Assembly (NCBI GenBank): GCA_016699975.1
Contig: CP064994.1
Location: forward strand, 711,828 to 775,827
DNA length: 64,000 nucleotides
Direction: 5' to 3'
Source: Candidatus Moraniibacteriota bacterium
GTDB lineage: Bacteria > Patescibacteriota > Minisyncoccia > Moranbacterales > UBA1568
Positions 59,620-64,000 of this stretch are shown one piece after another. Each line of letters starts with the position of its first letter. Position 1 is the stretch's first letter. A program made the translations under genes and the position numbers. The notes beneath the pieces are model-generated. The model saw only the letters and a list, made by a program, of their open reading frames with translations. It was not told where the DNA came from and made no database searches.

Positions 59620-60222
59620 TTAGCGCCGAAGTCCTGCCACAAAACGCTTCAATTCCGGCACTTTATTCACGATTTCACGAACCGGATTTTCCAAAAACTC
59701 AAGAAGAAACCGGTCCATCATATTAAGCCGGTACTGAAGCTCTTCACCGTTCATGATAACGAATCGAATTTCTCGACCGATCTCTGCTTCGATATAGCCG
59801 ATTGCCGACTTGAGTTTCGCTCGACTCGGATTATTCACAACCAGAATCATGTCCGCCTTACTTTTGTGATGATTCAGAAAAATTCCCGACACCAAGAGAA
59901 GCCGCACATCGCCGATCGCCTGGATTTTTTTAAATAAAACCTCGTAGACGCTCGAATCAGGACGAACAAAGAGCGTTCGAAGTTCCGAAAAAAACGGAAA
60001 GGTTGGGTTCACGGAAAAAAGAGACTTCCCTGCTTTTGTTCTTTCAGTGAGAAGCTTAATTTTGACAAGTTGGCGCGCTTCGCGCAGAAGATGGCTGCGC
60101 AGAAGAATCGCCTTTTCGGCGATTTCTTCGGTCGTAAAGCTTTTCTCTGGATTTAAGATAAACAACCGAAGGAGGCGCGCGCGCGTCTTCGATCCGAACA
60201 ACGTTTCAAACACATCTGACAT
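59620..60222 (-). CDS. hypothetical protein with an N-terminal winged-helix-like region
   Basis: RARLLRLFILNPEKSFTTEEIAEKAILLRSHLLREARQLVKIKLL resembles ArsR/MarR-type wHTH. The C-terminal domain is unknown. Confidence 0.35.
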   Translation of the reverse strand: MSDVFETLFGSKTRARLLRLFILNPEKSFTTEEIAEKAILLRSHLLREARQLVKIKLLTERTKAGKSLFSVNPTFPFFSELRTLFVRPDSSVYEVLFKKIQAIGDVRLLLVSGIFLNHHKSKADMILVVNNPSRAKLKSAIGYIEAEIGREIRFVIMNGEELQYRLNMMDRFLLEFLENPVREIVNKVPELKRFVAGLRR

Positions 60223-60322
60223 ACGGAAAAGAAAAATGGCGAATCCTCCGCGTTTCGATTATACGAACCGTCCCGCCGAAAGTCAAAGAAAGGGACTCGC
60301 TATGATATAATACAAGGCGTTT

Positions 60323-60973
60323 ATGGCACGAAAACAGACCCCGCCTCCCGCTTCCGAAAAAATAACGGCGACGGCAAACGAGATATTCGTTGCAAAGAGC
60401 GGATTTTTGAAGCCGTACGCAACCGGCTTTCAGTATCTTCCCGACAATATTGCTCGGGAGCCTTTGGGTATGCTCGCGGGCGCCCTCGCGATCGACGATC
60501 GAAGTGAAACGTCGGGATATATCGTCAACTTTCTCGCCTCCCTCGCCAAAAAAGAGTACTATCTGAATCCTCGTCGCCCCGCGATCGAGAGTTTTGAAGC
60601 AGCTCTCCACAAAGTAAACCTGGGGCTCTCGGAGCTCGCAAAAGAAGGAAACACCGAATGGATCGGGACCTTGAACGCTGCTGTGTGTGCGGTCGAACGC
60701 AATAATTTACATTTTTCTGTAGCGGGCAAAGCGAAAGTACTCCTCCTGCGAGACCGACGCCTCTCTGTCATTAGCGACGGACTCGTCGAAACGGGAGAAT
60801 ATCATCCCATGAAAACATTCACCGATGTAGCAAGTGGGAAAATCTGTGCAGGCGATCGCATTCTCATTACAACACCAGAACTTTTTCCGCCATTTCCGAA
60901 CCCGAACTCGAGCGCTCGGCGGCTCGTCTCGACCGCGAGGGATTGGAACGATTCCTTGAAACCGCTGTCGTGA
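60323..60973 (+). CDS. hypothetical protein, possibly PP2C/SpoIIE-like, possibly the 5' part of one long frameshifted gene
   Basis: 216-aa ORF. The AGDRILITTPELF segment resembles the GDxLLLYTDG motif of SpoIIE/PP2C phosphatases. Its stop overlaps the next ORF by 30 bp. Confidence 0.35.
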   Translation: MARKQTPPPASEKITATANEIFVAKSGFLKPYATGFQYLPDNIAREPLGMLAGALAIDDRSETSGYIVNFLASLAKKEYYLNPRRPAIESFEAALHKVNLGLSELAKEGNTEWIGTLNAAVCAVERNNLHFSVAGKAKVLLLRDRRLSVISDGLVETGEYHPMKTFTDVASGKICAGDRILITTPELFPPFPNPNSSARRLVSTARDWNDSLKPLS

Positions 60974-62814
60974 ATCGTCTCGACCTCTCAGCAAGCGTCC
61001 TCATCGACATCCAGGCGATCGCCGAGTACGCGCGCCCAGCGGCGCCAAAGCGACCCCTTGCCTCTCCATCATCCGTTCCGAATGCCTGGAGCCTCACGGC
61101 TTTCGAATTTTCGAAACAAACCGGGATGAGTGTGGAAGCAGGCCTTGAGGCACGAGAAGAAGCTGAACGAGAAAAAGAACGCATCGACGAAAAAACCGGG
61201 CACATCTATATCACAGGGGACAGCATAGAAGAGCCTCGTCGCGAAGAATGGGAACGGGTTCGCCTCATCTCCGAAGAGTGGAAAGAGCGTTTGGGAGCGA
61301 TCTTTCGCCGCGGCATGCGAAGCATGCGCGAATATGTTGCCACTCGAAAGAAGCGCCGAGAAGAGCGTCTCTCCCTCCCTTCTCCTCAAGAGGTGACTTC
61401 CGAAGCAGTGCAGATACACACGCGAGAAACCTCCCCGAAAGAAGCAACAATGCACCCTTCCGAAACTTTCCCAACAGAAAAGAGTGAGAAAATCTTTCCT
61501 CCTCTTGAGGAAGAATCACTTGAGAGCGAGAGCGCTCCAGAAAGAGATGTAGTCGAAAAGAGAGCTGAAGTTTCAATTGACTCTGCCATCCTCCCACCGG
61601 AACATTCCGCCAACAACACTATTTCTTTTTTGAAATATTTTGCAAAACCATTTTTTGGCGCCTTGGTCAGCAATCTCTCCAAACACTCGCGGACAGTCGC
61701 ACACAGTGTTCCGCGCTTCTTCTCAAGAAAAACAGTTCACGTTCCTGTCCGTGAAGAGACTCCTTCAACCCTTTCCTCGCTGTTTCGACCGCTCTTTTTT
61801 TTCTTCCCAAGACTCGAGAAGGAAGCCAAGCGCGCTTGGAACTTTTGGAACCTACTTTCTCCAACAAAGCGTCGTCTTCTCCAAGGAATCATGCTTCTCA
61901 CACTCTTCGCAATCATAGGTTTCGTCATATTCCTTCTTACCAAAGATGCTCCCCCTTTGCCCGAAGAACCATCCTCTTTGAAAGAGAATCCCGCCTCTCC
62001 TTCGCCGCTCACGACTGAAAAAAATATTCGCTTCCTCAAAAATCCAACCACTCTCTTTGAGGGAGAAAGAATCCTTTCCATTGTACGACTCAAAGAATTT
62101 CGCCTCGTCATTACCGAGACGGCACTCTTTCGCCTCGGCGAACCCGGGAGTACTGCAGAAAAAGTGCCGTATCCCGAGGGCCGAGAAGCGAAAAAAGGGG
62201 TCGCCATGCTGGACTTAAATGCACTCATCCTCCTCATGAAAGACGGCACCATTCGTTTTTATACGCCTGTCAACAATCGATTTGCAAATGAGTCGTTTTC
62301 GCTCCCCAATTCTTCCGGAACTGCTGCCCTCGGCGCCTATATGACCTATTTATATGTCGCGAATTTCGAACAAAATTCGATAACGCGTCTCCCGCGCTCC
62401 GAAGGCGGATTCGCCAGCGGGGTGTCGTGGCTCAAGGAGCCAGTTGAGATTGACGAGCAGACTTCGCTCGCTCTCGGCGAATTCCTCTACCTCGCTCATC
62501 CAAGCGACATACGCGTCTACTCCCGTGGAACGCTCCAGAATATCTCCTTCGAAAAACCAGCACTTGTGCCAGACATCACCGCGCTTTCCCTTCCTGATCT
62601 CGAATCAACCTCTTTGTTTGCCCTCGACCAAAAAGAGGGGCGCATCTTTGAGTATCGCAAGGATACTGGCGCCATCCTCGCGCAGTACGCCCATGAATCC
62701 CTGAAGGGTGGAAAAAATTTCACCGTCGACACAAAGAACCGAAATGCGCTCGTGAATACCGAGACGCATGTTTTCTCTTTCTCTCTCGACGAACACTCTC
62801 TCCTCTCTCATTGA
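60943..62814 (+). CDS. large hypothetical protein with an acidic low-complexity region, one TM helix and a C-terminal extracytoplasmic domain
   Basis: 623-aa ORF. An E/R/K-rich segment, TM (LLQGIMLLTLFAIIGFVIFLL), then a roughly 300-aa C-terminal domain. Confidence 0.4.
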   Translation: MERFLETAVVNRLDLSASVLIDIQAIAEYARPAAPKRPLASPSSVPNAWSLTAFEFSKQTGMSVEAGLEAREEAEREKERIDEKTGHIYITGDSIEEPRREEWERVRLISEEWKERLGAIFRRGMRSMREYVATRKKRREERLSLPSPQEVTSEAVQIHTRETSPKEATMHPSETFPTEKSEKIFPPLEEESLESESAPERDVVEKRAEVSIDSAILPPEHSANNTISFLKYFAKPFFGALVSNLSKHSRTVAHSVPRFFSRKTVHVPVREETPSTLSSLFRPLFFFFPRLEKEAKRAWNFWNLLSPTKRRLLQGIMLLTLFAIIGFVIFLLTKDAPPLPEEPSSLKENPASPSPLTTEKNIRFLKNPTTLFEGERILSIVRLKEFRLVITETALFRLGEPGSTAEKVPYPEGREAKKGVAMLDLNALILLMKDGTIRFYTPVNNRFANESFSLPNSSGTAALGAYMTYLYVANFEQNSITRLPRSEGGFASGVSWLKEPVEIDEQTSLALGEFLYLAHPSDIRVYSRGTLQNISFEKPALVPDITALSLPDLESTSLFALDQKEGRIFEYRKDTGAILAQYAHESLKGGKNFTVDTKNRNALVNTETHVFSFSLDEHSLLSH

Positions 62815-62909
62815 CACATGAGCGCAAAAAAAGAAAACTCAAAAAAATGATGGATGCGCGTGAACGATTCTCGATGAGTGAATAATCTGGTGTATTTTCA
62901 TTTCCTTCT

Positions 62910-64000
62910 ATGATTTTTCTTCACAACACTCTTACCCGCACGAAAGAACCCTTTGCATCGATTCGGGAAAACCGAGTGAGTCTCTACACCTGTGGCCCCA
63001 CCGTCTACGATTATGCGCATATCGGAAATCTCCGTGCCTACGTCTTTGCCGATACGTTGCGAAGAACCCTCGAGCAAAATGGGTTCGAGGTCATGATGAT
63101 CAAAAATATAACGGACGTCGGTCACCTCACAGCGGACGATCTCGCTCAAGGCGACACCGGTGAAGACAAGGTCGAAAAAAGAGCGCGCGCCGAAGGAAAA
63201 ACTCCCGAGGAAATCGCCCGATTCTATGAAGCCTACTTCCATGAAGCAGAGAAGAAAATGAATATCCTCCCCGCGCATGCTTTCCCTCGCGCTACCGAGC
63301 ACATCAGAGACATGATACGCCTCATCGAAATCCTCATTGAGAAAAATCATGCCTACGAAAAAAACGGAAACGTGTTCCTCGATGTGACGTCTTTCCCAAA
63401 ATATGGGATGCTCTCTGGAAACACCCTGGAGCACCTGAAAACCGGTGCGCGCCTCGAAGAGCACCCCGACAAACGTCACGCATGGGATTTTGCGCTCTGG
63501 CTCAAGAGTCCCGCGGGACACATGATGCACTGGAGTTCGCCCTGGAGCGAAGGGTATCCCGGCTGGCATATCGAATGCTCCGCCATGAGTATGAGATATC
63601 TCGGCGAAACCATGGATATTCATACGGGCGGCGAAGACCATATTTTTCCTCATCACGAAGCAGAGATCGTACAATCCGAAGGCGCAACGAACAAACCCTT
63701 CGTCCACTCCTGGATGCACGTACGTCACCTGCTCGTAGATGGCCGAAAAATGTCGAAATCGAAAGGAAATTTTTATACGCTCGAAGATATTGAGTCGCAC
63801 CATTTTTCCCCAATGGATCTTCGACTCGCTTTTCTCTCGGCTCACTATCGCTCGCCGATGAACTTTACGTGGGAAGCTCTTGAACAGGCGAAAAAAAATC
63901 GCCTTACCCTCATGCATGCGTACGAACGTCTCGCGAAGGAAGCGCTTGCTTCCACAGAAAATAAAGGGGATATTTCTTTGGAACATCGGGAGCTCGCGAA
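62910..64000 (+). CDS. cysS: cysteinyl-tRNA synthetase (5' partial, runs off the window end)
   Basis: The plus-strand translation from ATG 62910 gives [44 protein letters not shown], with the class I HIGH motif, the zinc ligands (C...HIEC) and KMSKS (KMSKSKGNF). There is no stop before the window end. Confidence 0.9.
   Translation, partial: MIFLHNTLTRTKEPFASIRENRVSLYTCGPTVYDYAHIGNLRAYVFADTLRRTLEQNGFEVMMIKNITDVGHLTADDLAQGDTGEDKVEKRARAEGKTPEEIARFYEAYFHEAEKKMNILPAHAFPRATEHIRDMIRLIEILIEKNHAYEKNGNVFLDVTSFPKYGMLSGNTLEHLKTGARLEEHPDKRHAWDFALWLKSPAGHMMHWSSPWSEGYPGWHIECSAMSMRYLGETMDIHTGGEDHIFPHHEAEIVQSEGATNKPFVHSWMHVRHLLVDGRKMSKSKGNFYTLEDIESHHFSPMDLRLAFLSAHYRSPMNFTWEALEQAKKNRLTLMHAYERLAKEALASTENKGDISLEHRELA

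Noticed and set aside
62898-63986. 362-aa minus-strand ORF at the window end
   Set aside because: It is antisense to cysS, which is clearly encoded on the plus strand (HIGH and KMSKS motifs). The long antisense ORF is a GC-codon artefact.
1-64000. CRISPR arrays
   Set aside because: No series of regularly spaced short direct repeats was seen anywhere in the window. The only large repeat is the single inverted pair at 22.5 and 41.5 kb.

Overview
The window looks like a small-genome bacterium (candidate-phyla-radiation-like, about 50% GC) using the standard genetic code. A programmed +1 frameshift at a UGA stop in release factor 2 supports the code assignment. Most of the window is housekeeping.

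Housekeeping content, in order:
- a cell-envelope glycosylation locus (epimerase, two GT4 glycosyltransferases, an ArnT/PMT-like GT-C membrane glycosyltransferase);
- pyrH and proS, then further on ftsX-ftsE, prfB and tRNA-Thr;
- a surface-protein operon, secA, hpf, and a murB-murC-murG-ftsW division/cell-wall block, then trmD;
- a heat-shock operon hrcA-grpE-hsp20-dnaK with a perfect CIRCE operator upstream of hrcA;
- yidD, corA, apbE, rplJ, a truncated rplL, rpsP, two ABC transporter systems, rnhA, recJ, a WecA/MraY-family transferase, rmuC, and the 5' part of cysS running off the window end.

The accessory region lies at about 10.2-18.1 kb, between proS and a tRNA-Gln on the minus strand.
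- It holds a tight plus-strand cassette. A thymidylate-kinase-like P-loop kinase, a MoaA/viperin-like radical SAM enzyme with a C-terminal Cys cluster, and a CYTH triphosphate-tunnel enzyme are bracketed by two GreA-family paralogs. This is the best candidate for an undescribed nucleotide-modifying, possibly antiviral, system.
- Next to it is an AT-rich island. It carries a four-gene minus-strand operon led by a membrane-anchored coiled-coil protein with a C-terminal Mrr-like PD-(D/E)xK nuclease domain, plus an excisionase-family HTH gene. The island abuts the tRNA-Gln 3' end.

Other notable points:
- A roughly 450-bp near-identical inverted repeat sits 18.5 kb apart and encodes the shared C-terminal domain of two secreted proteins.
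- At least ten genes are split by single-base homopolymer indels. These look like sequencing or assembly errors rather than biology.
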